A stretch of DNA of 62,890 nucleotides, counting the filler, from Vannella sp. (taxonomy: Eukaryota), in assembly GCA_023345925.1 (NCBI GenBank). It is 8 parts of 8 records of this genome, joined end to end, with 100 filler letters (N's around TTAATTAATTAA, not from the genome) between each part and the next. Parts side by side here need not be neighbours in the genome. Positions count along the whole stretch, not along the records: positions 7,935 to 17,701 come from JAJQQN010001014.1; positions 17,802 to 23,676 come from JAJQQN010001109.1; 6 more parts are not named here. The stretch is one strand, 5' to 3'. Positions 11,637-23,776 of the stretch are shown here, piece by piece (position 1 is the stretch's first letter; every line of letters starts with the position of its first letter). The notes under the pieces were generated by a model that saw only the letters and a program-made list of their open reading frames with translations, was not told where the DNA came from and did not search any database. The translations under genes and the position numbers were made by a program.

Positions 11637-12917
11637 TTAAGCCTCTGGAATAGCACCAAAGCTGGGAGGTTGAGTTTTGTAGCTTCCTGGCAAACTCCGA
11701 ATTTCCTCAATATCTTGGGAGTTGTTGGAGACGGAGTAGTATGAAGCAGCAGAGTGGTAATCTCTTCCCATAAGATAGTAGTCTTCAATGGAATGAACAC
11801 TCGAGTTGATATCCGCTTGACTTGAGACCGGATTATCGGACTAACAACTTTTTGTGAGATTTGTCCCTTCCTTCCTCCAGATGCTCACCTGACGCAAAGA
11901 GCGACCCTTTGGACGCGTAGCCTCAATGTTATAAACAATAAGGATGGCCCAGATAGGCAGCAGCAGGTTAATAATGTGCTCAATTGTGTTTGCAGTCGCT
12001 TCGGCCCAAGAGTGGTCCTGTCCACCTGGTTAAGACCTCCTTGACGTTCAGCCTTTTCTCCTACTTCAAACATGGAGCAGACTCCAGAACGATGGCTGAG
12101 AATGAGATCTGTCACGTCTTCGAGAGTGGAAGTGAAAGACACCACAAAGTACACGAATATCAGCGCCCACAGCTCCAATCGCTTCTTCTTGCGGATGTTC
12201 TCGGAGATACTCTGCTTCTCCACCTTTCTAGAAGGAAAAGGAGTCAGCAAAGAGAGCGCAGTCCGCGAAAGCAGGAGCGCACGGACCTGTTGATGGCGAA
12301 ACCTGTCCCCAGAAACACTGTGGACAAGACGAGGCCTGTGATGGACATGATGAGGAAGGTGGGATCGCTGCAGCTTCTCTCATTGCCCGAGAGCGAGGAG
12401 AAGACTCCAAAAGATCCCAAAAGCAACACGCAGCTCAAGAACGCCACGATCATCGCAAACGTGGGGCGTAGCACTCTTATGGCCCTTCAGTGACGATCTG
12501 TGTGTGTAAAGAAACATCCACTCACCTTCGTTCGAGGTAGCGCTTGTCAAAGGCGACCAAAGCGGAGAGAATGAAGAAGTACGTGATGATAATCAGCTGG
12601 CACTCCTTCAGGAAGATCATGAGGAAGTTGCATACTGTACTCCTTACGAAGGACCAGTGAAGCACCCCTAAGAAGGCTTCTAGGAAGGCTAACATGATCA
12701 CAGCCATCTGGTAGCTGAGCACTTGCTTGGTGCTGAGGTAGATGCGCGCCATCTGGACTGCACAGCTTATCAGAGTCAGGGCAAACAAGATACTCAAGAA
12801 CGTGGTCCTGGGAGCACGTTCGAGTGAGTCAAAGCCCATGAAAGCGCATTGGAAGCTTGGAACGCACCTCACACAGGACGGAAGCGGATCCGGGCAGTCC
12901 AGCATACAGTGACTCAT
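11637..12917 (-). CDS. Multi-pass (about 7-TM) membrane protein with Cys-rich N-terminus
   Basis: Successive hydrophobic segments in ORFs 12522-12917, 12244-12474 and 11885-12250; the last exon ends ...FGAIPEA* at 11637. Confidence 0.65.
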
Positions 12918-13185
12918 CTCCTCCGACGGGCCTAGAAACTATGCCACGTTCCTCCACTCAATCAGACAAAGGAAGCAGTCAGGAGGCAGGCCAAGACTGT
13001 CCCTCGAGGCAACGAAGAAGTGGTCCTAAAATACGCCGCTTTTGGGAAACTTCTTGGAAAAACGCCGCTTTTGGGCAAAGGGTTTTATTGCATGTTTGTG
13101 CAAACAGCGGGTTTGAGAGAGTTTGGGATTAGCTGGCGATTCTTCATTTTCTATGACTCATTCCATCCATTTCAAACTTGGCGGG

Positions 13186-14082
13186 ATGGCGGAGGTGGGT
13201 GGGCAAGCATCGGACCTGCCACAACCGCTTGCTCTTCCAGAAGCAGTTTTGTCACAGTTTGATACACCAGAAGGGACACCTAAGGTTGCTAGTCGAAAGG
13301 TGAGGATGGTGGAAGGGTAGGAAGAGGGCCTGACAGCTGGCCGTTAGGGAACCCGGATGAAAGAAGTGGCTGTCTCGTGCTTTCCTTTCTCCAGAGAGCT
13401 TTTAGAGAGTACAATCCAAGAGGGGGACTTGGAGTTTGAAGCCAACACTATCATTCAGATCCTCAGCAAGGAGGAGTCTGGCTGGTGGAAAGGATCCATC
13501 GGAGAGCGAGTTGGGGTGTTTCCGTCCTCCTTTGTGAAGAGCGACTGCCTCTTGAAGACAAGCGTCACTCATTCTTACACTCCGCAGAGAGAAGATGAGA
13601 TACAGCTGAGCGTGGGGGATCAAGTCAAGGTGTACGAGGATCGGGGGAACGGTTGGTTTCGAGTGGCCTTCAAGAAGAGCGCCGGCCTTTATCCTTCTTC
13701 TCACCTGGCAGACAAGAAGTTGAAGCTCCGTCGAAGGAAGAGCCAGCCCATCGTGACTAACCGTACACTCTCTCCTGTTGAGAAGGAGAACCCGCGATCG
13801 ATGACCTCCGTCCGCCAGCCTTCCCCGCGCTTGTCCGTTCCCAATCCCATTCTTCCTGTACAAGACCACCTCAAGGCACCTGACCCAGAGAAGCGAAGGA
13901 GCGTCCCCACCGGAATGCCGGCCAAAGTCATCAAAGCCTACGAAGCGGCCCAACCGGGGGACTTGAGTTTGGTCGTGGGCCAAGTTGTTAGTCTTACAAA
14001 GTGCCGCGGACTCTGGTGGGAAGGCGTGTACGAGGGGGAGCGCGGCATCTTCCCCTCCAAATGCGTTTTGAAGATGGAGTGA
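13186..14082 (+). CDS. Triple-SH3-domain adaptor protein
   Basis: Three SH3 signatures: GWWKG..GVFPSSFV, GWF...GLYPSSHL, WWEG...GIFPSKCV; probable intron 13300-13347. Confidence 0.85.
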
Positions 14083-14209
14083 TGAAGTGGCCTTTCCCGC
14101 CCCACTCGCCCCACACGAGTGCCTGATGTACTATACAAGCTTTCTCATCAAGTAGACTCGTTTACTATGCCAGGATGCTGCTGGGGTGCTTGTGGGAAGA
14201 AGGGCTGAC

Positions 14210-17200
14210 TCAAATGCCAACTCGGCGATGTGGCGTTTGAGCTCGAGGGGTGCGACCGGGAGTGGCCACTTGGCGGAAGCGAGCCGAAGTCTGGAGTTTG
14301 GCAGCGTCATTTGCTTCCTTCTCTTCCAAGGTGGCGCGGTCTGAGTCCATTTTGATGGCCAATTCGGTCTCCATTTGCTCCAGATTCTGTTTGTCCTTGA
14401 GCCGGCTGGCTTGGCGGTCTTGGAGGGATTGCTTCACCGAAAAGAACATTGGGCCTAACTCTGCCAGCCAGTGGCCATCCACGGTTGTCACACACTGCAT
14501 GTACTCTTTGCTAGTCAGTACCAGTTCATGGTAAACAACGTAGTCAGGAGTGTAGCCCAGTCCATAGAGGGCACTTGTAGGATGCATGTTACAGGGCGTG
14601 CCGGTTCGGAGATTGGTGTATTCTCCAATCCCTTTGAATTTGGCGGCGTTATGGAAGTAGGCAGAGCAAATAGTCTTTCTTACCACATCCCATTCAGCTC
14701 CGCAAGAGAGATGAGAGATCTTTTGCTGCTTCATGATGTCGAGCATTTGGGATCGCACTTCGCGGACTCGGCGCATTGCTTTGGGCTGAATGAAGTGTTC
14801 GTTGCACCAGTTGATGCTGTATTTGTGCTGCTCCCATTGGTGATAAACATGCAGTAAGGTGAGATGGTCTGATTCGGCAACCATGAACTTCTCCCGCGCA
14901 GCATCACTTTCCTCTTGCCTGTCTTTTGGTCGGAAGAAGACAGTTGGTACGCTCAGCATGGAAACAATAATGACTATCTCAGCAGAGCATCCTAGTTCCT
15001 CGGACATGAGCAGCATCTTAGAAAGGGGTGGGTCAAGAGGGAACTCAACCATCTTCCTTCCCATTGTTGTGAGCTGTCCCGTGTTGTCCAGAGCTCCCAG
15101 AACCCACAGCTGGTACATGGAGTTGAGTATGTTCTCTTGTGGCGGAGGGTCCATAAAGTCGAACTCGAGGAGGTTTTCCACTCCCAAAGACTTTAGCAAA
15201 AGGACAACGTTTGACAGATTTGTTCTCTGAATCTCCGGTACCGTTGCTGTTAGTAACTCATGGCAATAGCTACCCTCTGTGTACAAGCGGAAACATTTGC
15301 CTGGTCCAGTACGACCAGCGCGACCGGAGCGCTGGTTTGCGTTGGCCTGTGAAACTGGGAAGACCTGGAGAGCATCCATACCAATGCGTGGGTTGTAAAC
15401 CTTCAGTTTACAGTACCCAGTGTCAATAACATAGTAAATGCCGTCCACAGTGAGCGAAGTCTCAGCGATGTTCGTAGAAACAATGATTTTGCGAGTGCCT
15501 TCTTGGGCTTTGTCAAAGATCTTTGCTTGCATGTCAGAAGGTAATTGAGAGTAGATTGGCAGAATAAGGAGAGGTGCCACATCATCTCCCAGCTCCTTGA
15601 GACGCTCTGCAATGGCATAACAAGTTATCTCAATGTCTTCTTGGCCTGTCATGAAGATTAGAATATCGCCAGGACCTTCAGATAAGTGAACAGTAAGAGC
15701 TTGCTTGACGGCAGCCTCAACATAGTCCTCTTGAGGGGAGCGGCTGAAAAGGGTGGCCACAGGGAAGGTGCGTCCCGGTATTGTGAAGGTCGGTACGCCT
15801 CCAAAGAATGAAGAGAACTTGTTAGCATCCATTGTGGCGGAAGTAACGATCAGGCGGAGGTCAGTGCGCCCGGTCGCTACCACTTTCTTGAGAATCCCAA
15901 GCAGGACGTCCGTGTGGAGTGAACGTTCATGGGCTTCATCCATAATGATAGCAGAGTACTCAAAAAGGGAAGGATCCCGCAGAGATTCTCGGAGAAGCAC
16001 ACCGTCAGTCATGTACTTGATTTTGGTGTTTTTGTTGGTGCAATCCTCAAATCGGATGGCATAGCCAACCTCCTCACCCAAGGTACAGTTAATCTCCTCA
16101 CTAACGCGCTTTGCAACGCTGACTGCAGCGACTCGGCGTGGTTGAGTACATCCTATTTTCTGTCCATTCCGGCAAAACCCTTCTTCCATGAGGTATTGGG
16201 TGAGCTGGGTGGTTTTACCCGAGCCTGTCTCTCCCACTACAATAATAATAGAGTTGTCTCGGATGACTTGGAGGAGCTGCCGACGGCACTGGAAGATGGG
16301 CAAAAACTCTCTCTGCTCCCCCATTGTGTGAGTCCGTGCGAAATGGCTGATGGCTTCTGTGGGCTTGCTAAGGTGATGAGCAAACTGAGACTCTTTCCGA
16401 TAATCAACTTCTCCGCTTCCAGAAACCTCTTGCGAGACTGAACGCTTATCATCTCCCTCTGGGGGTTTAGGAGTGTCACTGACTCCCATTGCCTTTCCAA
16501 TTTGAGTGCCAGAGATCTCCCAGAACTTATTGACATTCTTCAAACGGTCCCTTTGCTCTCTGAGGTCCCGCAGAAGTTGGCTGCCCTTCCGGCAAATGAT
16601 GGCGAGGTCACTTGTTGGATCTTTGATGGGATAAACTGGCTCCATCTGTTTGGTGAATACCATCCGCCCGTCAAGGAAAGGCGGCTTAACATCGTTGACA
16701 ATGAGATGAACGCGAGCCTCAGCTGTATCATCAAAATCTGTGTCGAGCTCCGGACGATACGCTACCCCGCTGAACAGCATTCGGTTCTCTTCCCAGCGGT
16801 TGTTGTCCTCATTGTACTGGCTCTGTTTGGCACTGACCCTCTTGCCTTGCTTCCTTTCGAGGTCTCTTTCCCTTTCTTCCATTTTGGACTTGTCTCCAAG
16901 AAAGGGGTCCTCAAACTCGTCCCGCGCTCCGTCTTCATCTTGGAGATAGAACTCCCGATCATAGGAGGCGTCATTAGCTTGAGTTCCTTCGGATCTCGTC
17001 GTTCCAGGGCGAGCAGAAGTTGGATATCGACGAGAAGACGCTCCACCAGATGATGTTGTTGGGCGCAGAGGTGTTCTCCCTCCTTCTTGGCGATAGTAGC
17101 TTCCTTGGCGCTGCGGGGTCAACGCCCAATCACTGCGGTCACGCTCTGAGTCTTGGTGGGAAGTTTTTTGTCTCTTTTCAGAGGGAGACGGCGCACGGGG

Positions 17201-17620
17201 GCTGGATGTATCACCCTTTCGTATGGGCTCACTTCTACGATCGCCTTGTCGAGAGAATGGCGCGTTTCCACGGCGACGATCGTCTCGTTCCCTCTCCCTC
17301 CGTTGGATCCGTTCAAGAGCTTCGCGGTTGGCCCCACCAGTGTAGGATGGCGTTTCAGGGAGGTGCTCTCGGTATCTCTTGGCCATCGGGCGTATGAATC
17401 CATTGGTCATTCCAGGGTCTTCCTCTCGAAGGAGCCCCCTCTTCTCCGCTCGTTTCTCTTCCGCTAACCGATCGAGACCCAGAACAGAAGTGCCTCCCCT
17501 CTCATTGCGCTCCATCTTGGGCTTGTTGGGGAGCTGTAAGCCACCCATAGAACCGGTGACCTCTTCAGAAGTAACAACCGCCCCTCCCGCAAAGGCGACA
17601 CCGTGCGCAGGGCGGCTCAT
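14210..17620 (-). CDS. PRP16: Pre-mRNA splicing DEAH-box helicase PRP16/DHX38 (intronless)
   Basis: [34 protein letters not shown], plus Prp16-specific [17 protein letters not shown] and [13 protein letters not shown]. Confidence 0.96.
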   Translation of the reverse strand: MSRPAHGVAFAGGAVVTSEEVTGSMGGLQLPNKPKMERNERGGTSVLGLDRLAEEKRAEKRGLLREEDPGMTNGFIRPMAKRYREHLPETPSYTGGANREALERIQRRERERDDRRRGNAPFSRQGDRRSEPIRKGDTSSPRAPSPSEKRQKTSHQDSERDRSDWALTPQRQGSYYRQEGGRTPLRPTTSSGGASSRRYPTSARPGTTRSEGTQANDASYDREFYLQDEDGARDEFEDPFLGDKSKMEERERDLERKQGKRVSAKQSQYNEDNNRWEENRMLFSGVAYRPELDTDFDDTAEARVHLIVNDVKPPFLDGRMVFTKQMEPVYPIKDPTSDLAIICRKGSQLLRDLREQRDRLKNVNKFWEISGTQIGKAMGVSDTPKPPEGDDKRSVSQEVSGSGEVDYRKESQFAHHLSKPTEAISHFARTHTMGEQREFLPIFQCRRQLLQVIRDNSIIIVVGETGSGKTTQLTQYLMEEGFCRNGQKIGCTQPRRVAAVSVAKRVSEEINCTLGEEVGYAIRFEDCTNKNTKIKYMTDGVLLRESLRDPSLFEYSAIIMDEAHERSLHTDVLLGILKKVVATGRTDLRLIVTSATMDANKFSSFFGGVPTFTIPGRTFPVATLFSRSPQEDYVEAAVKQALTVHLSEGPGDILIFMTGQEDIEITCYAIAERLKELGDDVAPLLILPIYSQLPSDMQAKIFDKAQEGTRKIIVSTNIAETSLTVDGIYYVIDTGYCKLKVYNPRIGMDALQVFPVSQANANQRSGRAGRTGPGKCFRLYTEGSYCHELLTATVPEIQRTNLSNVVLLLKSLGVENLLEFDFMDPPPQENILNSMYQLWVLGALDNTGQLTTMGRKMVEFPLDPPLSKMLLMSEELGCSAEIVIIVSMLSVPTVFFRPKDRQEESDAAREKFMVAESDHLTLLHVYHQWEQHKYSINWCNEHFIQPKAMRRVREVRSQMLDIMKQQKISHLSCGAEWDVVRKTICSAYFHNAAKFKGIGEYTNLRTGTPCNMHPTSALYGLGYTPDYVVYHELVLTSKEYMQCVTTVDGHWLAELGPMFFSVKQSLQDRQASRLKDKQNLEQMETELAIKMDSDRATLEEKEANDAAKLQTSARFRQVATPGRTPRAQTPHRRVGI

Positions 17621-17701
17621 CAAATGAATGAATCATTTCATAAGCACAAAGTGAATGGAGAGCTGAATTGGAGAAATCTGTGGATGGAACGTGATTTTGC
17701 A

Positions 17702-17801
17702 NNNNNNNNNNNNNNNNNNNNNNNNNNNNNNNNNNNNNNNNNNNNTTAATTAATTAANNNNNNNNNNNNNNNNNNNNNNNNNNNNNNNNNNNNNNNNNNN
17801 N
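17702..17801. other. Artificial contig linker
   Basis: N44-TTAATTAATTAA-N44. Confidence 0.97.
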
Positions 17802-17832
17802 GAAGCCCTGTTTTGATTGGCATTCAGAACGA

Positions 17833-17896
17833 TGGCCTCTTAAAAACATATAAAATCACCATTCGTATCGCTGCCAGTCGAATTAAGCACTTTCAA
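17833..17896. repeat. Partial copy (one arm) of the dispersed palindromic element
   Basis: TGGCCTCTTAAAAACATATAAAA...CATTCGTA...GTCGAATT.AGCACTTTCAA matches the arms at 24644-24806 and 28590-28740. Confidence 0.7.
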
Positions 17897-18153
17897 TGCG
17901 ATTCTCCTCCCTGAAGAGAGATTTCCCCTCTTGAATTCAATCAAAATGGGGCATTATGATTGGTCGCCTCCCTTCACGCAAGAGGGAGATATGGGACGGC
18001 CTTGAAAGATAGCCATTTCCCTATTTCGGATGGGGTGAAGGCAAATGTGGAGCCTCTCAGAAGTGAAAAGGAACGGAAAAGTCGGAGAGAAAGAGAAAGA
18101 AGGTCCGATTCTTCGACCGACCGTTTGTTATGGTTCATTCTTTCTTGCGACAG

Positions 18154-18861
18154 ATGATGAGACTGCGTGGACGAGGGGCATCGTTTTGGACGACGATTGT
18201 GTGTTGGGTCCTGGTGAGCCCGATCTTGGTCACTTGTGGGTACGTCGTTCTGGCGAACTTGGTGAGCCCGATTGGGTGTTGGTTTGGAGGCTGTGAGTCA
18301 GTGGAGGTTCAATATCGAGGTGCTGATGGTCACAGCCCTCCGCCTATCACCAACATTTCGGGAACTCTTCAGAAAGGGGAGATCTTGGAGGTACTTCCTC
18401 ATCACCAAGTACTGCAACTTTGGTGCGAGTGAGGAGCTCAATCTCGTGGCAAGCAACGAAGAAGACCCAACTGTGGAAGCAAACGGGAAGGTCTGCACGG
18501 GATACAGCTCCTGGTTCAAACCACACTCGTGCAGTGCTTCTCAGGGGGGGGATCTCAGCTGCCTTCACCCTTGTTCCTTCGTGATAGGAGTTCACTCTAA
18601 GGACGAGAAACATGAGCAACCCTTCTCCTTTGGAGTGCACATTACCCTCCTGGAGATATGGCCTCCTTGGGATGCGCTTTTGGCTTCTTCTTCATTGCAA
18701 TGCTGCTCTCAGCTATGTCTTGCGTACTACTGACCTGGACCTTCTACTTTTGTATTTGGAAAGGACGATCCCGTGCCCAAGTCCAAGACGAAGACGGTTC
18801 TGAACTCTGGGAACTCGAGGATGCAGATGATGTACTTAGCAAGGACGGTCCAATGAACTAA
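18154..18861 (+). pseudogene. Membrane protein gene with two apparent frameshifts (pseudogene or assembly indels)
   Basis: Protein-like sequence passes through three frames (18130-18432, 18272-18733, 18658-18861) with junctions near AAAGGGGAG (~18375) and ACCCTCC (~18645); N- and C-terminal TM segments; no clear intron explains the shifts. Confidence 0.45.
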
Positions 18862-19097
18862 CCCCCGATACGAATACAGTTCTACTGGTACCACACTATG
18901 TCAAGAAGGCATGGATGGGACGATTGTCTGGGCAAATTTTCCTCCCAGACCGCTGTGAGAGGCGGCTGAGTTCTCTCAAAGCTACTTGAATGCCCCTTTC
19001 GCTCATGAGAGAACCAGAGAATGTCCTTTTGCCTTCCAAGGACATGGATGGGAATGCAAGCAAACTTTGAGGAAATCAAGTTAAAGAGTCCCACTCT

Positions 19098-20267
19098 TCA
19101 TTTAGAGACTGTCAAAGGGAGAAATAGGAAGTCGAGCACGAATGAAGCGAGTTGGACGTTAATCGAGTTGCCCAAGAGCTTGAAAAGGCTCCTTTCTTGT
19201 CGTTTTGTGTCGAGGACTCCTTCCAGTTGGAAGCTATCGGGGAATCCCATGAGTCTGGCGACTTCCCGAGGAGAGAAGAAACGGATGTGGCCTTGTTGGA
19301 TCACATCTGGATCCAGACAAGGGAGCATCCTGTTCGTTTCTGAAGTGAATTCTGCTTCGGGATGGAACAAGAGCGGTCCTGCCCCACGAGGAGTCACTGA
19401 ATATCCGCTTGTAAAGCACGAGGACCTGAGGCTACTTGGAGTCACCAAGTCATGCTTGTAGCCAGAGCAACGAGTGGCAAAGTCCAAAGGAATGTTCTCT
19501 CCCCAAGTCTCTTCCAGATACTCAGAGAGCGGTCGGCAATGGCTAAAGCAGCTTTCTGCTTCTTGTATCTTTGATAAGTAGTCACCTTCGCCTTTAAACG
19601 CAGCTGCAGCATCGATATCCAGGTCTTTCGAATGCATGTCGATGCCAGGAATCACTCTTTGGAGGGACTCCTCATACTCAGCACCCCACGGAGCCTTTCT
19701 TGCAGTACAGAAGTAGCGCATACGCTCATTAGGGATGCCGATCTGCGTCGGTGACAGAAGAAACTCCACAATGTTGAAGCCAGCTTGAGCCAGGGTCTGT
19801 CTCCAAAGGGAATGACTTGCAGATCCGTAGAACTGAGGTACGTTCTCCATGCAGATGTACTGTGGGTGGCAGTCAACCCGCATCTCTGTCAGGATCTTGC
19901 AAAGATGATGGAGAGCGGAGGCGCGCGGATCTTCTGCCCCCAATTGCTTTCCGAGAGAGGTGTAAGGCTGACAAGGAGGTGACATAAGCCATATGGAAGC
20001 ATTCAAACGCTCCAAATGAGCCACAGGCAAGTGCGCGATGTCTTTGCAGACGATCTTCACCTCCGGGAAGTTCGTTTGATACACCTGATTGGCCTGCAGG
20101 TTGATCTCGAAGGCTGTCACCCCTCCAATCTCTCCTATCCTCTCGGTTCTCTCCTGAGATGCCCGCAAAGCAAGATGCCAGCCCCCCACGCCAGAGAAAA
20201 ACTCGGCCACGCGCATGACGCGACCCGCTTCAATAGAATGCTCCAGTACCGATGCTGAGGGAACCAT
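19098..20267 (-). CDS. DNMT2: DNMT2/TRDMT1 tRNA(Asp) C38 cytosine-5 methyltransferase
   Basis: EFFSGVGG (motif I), SPPCQPY (IV), ENV (VI), GIPNERMRYF (VIII), Dnmt2-specific CFTxGY, RFFSPREVARLMGFP, LLGNSINV. Confidence 0.93.
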   Translation of the reverse strand: MVPSASVLEHSIEAGRVMRVAEFFSGVGGWHLALRASQERTERIGEIGGVTAFEINLQANQVYQTNFPEVKIVCKDIAHLPVAHLERLNASIWLMSPPCQPYTSLGKQLGAEDPRASALHHLCKILTEMRVDCHPQYICMENVPQFYGSASHSLWRQTLAQAGFNIVEFLLSPTQIGIPNERMRYFCTARKAPWGAEYEESLQRVIPGIDMHSKDLDIDAAAAFKGEGDYLSKIQEAESCFSHCRPLSEYLEETWGENIPLDFATRCSGYKHDLVTPSSLRSSCFTSGYSVTPRGAGPLLFHPEAEFTSETNRMLPCLDPDVIQQGHIRFFSPREVARLMGFPDSFQLEGVLDTKRQERSLFKLLGNSINVQLASFVLDFLFLPLTVSK

Positions 20268-21150
20268 TGCAAAGGAGAGGATTGCAACTTGCGTTTAGTG
20301 TCTGCTTTTAAGTGAGGATGTCGGAGCCGAGGACTGGTTGAGCCTTGGATTACTTTCAGGACTGGATTGCTTCCTGAACAATCGGAAGTGATGGTTCGCC
20401 TGATCGTCCGATTCCTGTTTTGTGCTTCTTTCGTGACGTGGATGACTCTAGGCAGGAAATGAACTTCGGCATTGCGAGGACAGATCTCGCCACTCACAGA
20501 GCTCTTTGTTTCCTGCTAAGTTTCCTGCATTCAACTTCTCCTCAAAAACAGTCTGTCGCTCTTCGACGAACCATACAGGTAACCTAGCGACAATGAACTC
20601 TCAACAGACTGAACTGGAGGAGCTTTAGTCACAAGATTCTTCATTCTCTGGACCAATCGAGAAACTGGAAGAACTTTGACTGTTGTTTGCTGGATGAACA
20701 CTTCTGGTATCATCTGGGCAGGGAACCAGCAATGATAGTGCTGAACACTGTCGGCTCCACGATCGGTTTCCCATTTTGGAAGCTGCAAAGAGGTTCGATA
20801 GTCAAGGCAGTATCTCGATTCCCTCTAAGTGCGACAAAACAACCGGCTCATGCACCTCAAGTTCATTTAACAGTCTTGTCTCACCTCAGAGCAATTTGAA
20901 GCACAGATGAACAGGCCGTCAAACGAGGCATCGGGACCGTCCCCAGCCCCAAACACACTAGAAAGCTGGAATGAAAGTCCAGCGATGCGTAACGATGACT
21001 AACGAAGGAGCGAAGGATTCCGGCGCCTTCTCCCGGAAATTTCCGTTCCTATTCGCTTCTGAGGGAGTTTGGGAGGTTCTGGAAGCATTTAGAGGATCAC
21101 TGAATAGCTTGGGAGTGGGAATTGAGGCATTGTTTGGCTGTGGGAGGGGA

Positions 21151-23406
21151 ATGACGAACCCCAGCTCCGATGAGTTCTGTGGGGCGTATGGTGGGGGCGT
21201 GTGCTGCGCGTTGAGTGCAAAGGTGGTGATGTGGGGTAGTTTGGAGATTCACGTGTTGTCAATGCTGCTGTCTTCTGTGCTTGTGATGATGCTGATCTAC
21301 CTTTTGGTGAAGATCGGGCTTCACTACTACTCCCTTCACTCTCCTGAGCCTCGGGAGAAGTCTCACGTCAACGGAGAAGATCTATCGATCAATCAGTTCA
21401 CAGGGAAGGCCATCCTTCACGCTCCATACCAGTCCTTGGCCTCAAACACTTCGGCGCCCGTTTACTCCATCCAGAACTCAGACGGGGAGGACGACGACGA
21501 TGTGGGAGGTGAGTGACACATACTTTATGATGTTCCACACTAATACAGTGAGGCAGAGACTGCCTTTGACGAGGAAGTCCTCCTGAAGCGCCAAGAAGAC
21601 GAAGAAGCCGCCACTTTCTCTGCAGATTACCTCATGGAGCTACCAACAGATCGATACGGGTCTCAGAGTTCTCTCATTAACGTCTATCGTCAGTACGAGA
21701 AGCGCCTTGGAGTTGCCTCCAAGTTTGCCCCAAAGAAGCGGGACGACGATTACGAGGATCCTGTGGCGATGCTCCGAGGGTTTCACTTCATTTATCTTCT
21801 TCTTTTGGCATGTTGGTTCCTTGTACAATCTGTAGTTCTCTTCACTGGCACGCCAGTCACATTTACGGAACGCGTTCTCGATACTCTCCTTTATATTAGT
21901 CATGGTAAGCTTCCTGAGTGCTTCTAGGGGTTCAAACTAACAAAGACACCGTGTCAGTGCTAATATGTAACTACATTGTCTTTGTGGCATTCTTCCCGAC
22001 GGATAGGAAAAAGTATATTCTTATGGCGGCTGGAGTCACCCTCCTTATGCTATTGTTCACTGCGTTTACCACTATATTCTACTCCTTTGATGGGGATTGT
22101 GAACAGTGTTCGTTCTTCTATCCCACCCAGGAGGCCTTTTACACCTATTTGCTCTCTTTCTTTGTTTACGCCATCTGCCTGGTTCTCCATCATACACGCG
22201 CCCGCATCGCACCTAGACATACTGTTTTAGTATGGCTATGGTTCCTGCTTGCTACTAACGGTTTGGCTGCGTTTGGGGCAGGAATTATTCTGTTTCTCAA
22301 GGAAGATTTTGGATTCTGTGCGATCAACCTGGTGATGATACTCTACGCCACTCTCCTCGCGCCCCTACTTCATTACACCCTCAATGCTGATTCTGAATAC
22401 CTGGGATCGATTGAAACAGAAGCAGACAAGGGAGAACGAAACCCTTTGGTTGCTCGAGTGTATGAGAATCTCAAACGCCACGCCGTATTTTGGATTCCCT
22501 TTGAAGAGTTGGAGCTCAAAGAACGATTGGGTCTTGGTGCAGCTGGAGAAGTCTATCAAGGTAGCTTCGTCCACACTCCCGTGGCAATTAAGCGTCTCTT
22601 CGACAACCAATCCCAAGCTTTAGAAGACTTCTTCAAGGAGGTCACTCTGATGAGCAAACTCTCACATCCAAACATTCTTCTCTTCATTGGAGTCTGTGTG
22701 AGGGACAACGGAGATCGCTTTATTGTTACTGAATTGATGGACCGTGGAAGCGTTTTTGACCTAATTCATCCAAACTTGTCCTATTCTTCGATTCGAGTGA
22801 ACCCTGAGGAGGATTATAAGTTAACTCCACGACGTATTCATCGTATCTTGCTTCAATGCTCTCGTGGAATGTCTTATCTTCATTCCTTCCGCCCGCCTAT
22901 TGTGCACCGCGATCTGAAGAGCCATAACCTTCTTGTAGATCGCAATTGGAACGTAAAAGTCGGAGACTTCGGGCTATCTCGCCCTCAATCAGCTGACTTA
23001 ATGACAGCGGCTGGTACACCTCAATGGACTGCTCCAGAAGTGATCCGACATGATCACTACACAACCAAAGCAGATGTTTACAGCTTTGCTATCATCATCT
23101 ATGAGCTCTTGAGTGGAAAGATTCCTTATCTTGAGCTGAAACCTCTTTCTGCAGCACATCAAGTCGCCTATGACGGTCTCCGACCCTTATTCCCATCGTA
23201 CTGTGACCCTACTTACGTTGAGTTTGCGAAAGAGGTAAGCCACTCGTGGTTCTCTATTTGACTCACTTAATCCCTTGACCTAGCTGTGGACAGAGAATCC
23301 GGATGACAGACCAGACTTTCAAGCCATCTCCAAACGCCTGGAAGGAATGTCTCCGCCATCCCTTCCGCAATTTGAAGAGCAAATAGCCCCTTCCCGTTTC
23401 TCCTAG
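21151..23406 (+). CDS. 7-TM (TPRA1/Cand2-like) domain fused to a TKL protein kinase
   Basis: Several TM segments ending FGFCAINLVMILYATLLAPLLHYTL, then GLGAAGEVY, VAIK, HRDLKSHN, DFG, GTPQWTAPE; introns near 21511-21556, 21905-21947 and 23235-23283. Confidence 0.85.
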
Positions 23407-23676
23407 AAGTGCCAACTCTCCATCTCATTCGTTGTAGCCTGTATTTAACGTATCCTTGACTGCAAATAAACCTGCAAGTCTTGTCTCCAAACACCAAGTA
23501 GAGCAGAGAGCAGTCAGTCAAACAGTCAGAGTGTCATCAATTAATGAGAAAATCCACGAGTGAAGAGGAACAAGGGGTGTCGAGAATTCCTTCGACTTAG
23601 TGGAATTCTCTCGTCCTTTTCATTTCTTCCATCGAAGGTTTGATAAACATTCTCCCAATAAGATAAGTCCACGTGG

Positions 23677-23776
23677 NNNNNNNNNNNNNNNNNNNNNNNN
23701 NNNNNNNNNNNNNNNNNNNNTTAATTAATTAANNNNNNNNNNNNNNNNNNNNNNNNNNNNNNNNNNNNNNNNNNNN
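23677..23776. other. Artificial contig linker
   Basis: N44-TTAATTAATTAA-N44. Confidence 0.97.

Noticed and set aside
14250..17627. Numerous antisense ORFs over PRP16 and other long genes
   Set aside because: Shadow ORFs expected at ~50% GC; no motifs.
19098..20267. Bacterial restriction-modification DNA methyltransferase
   Set aside because: The CFT motif, PPCQP and PNxRxRYF identify eukaryotic Dnmt2; no cognate nuclease on the contig.
20300..20950. Possible gene between DNMT2 and the 7TM kinase
   Set aside because: Only short ORFs with no coherent spliced model or motif.
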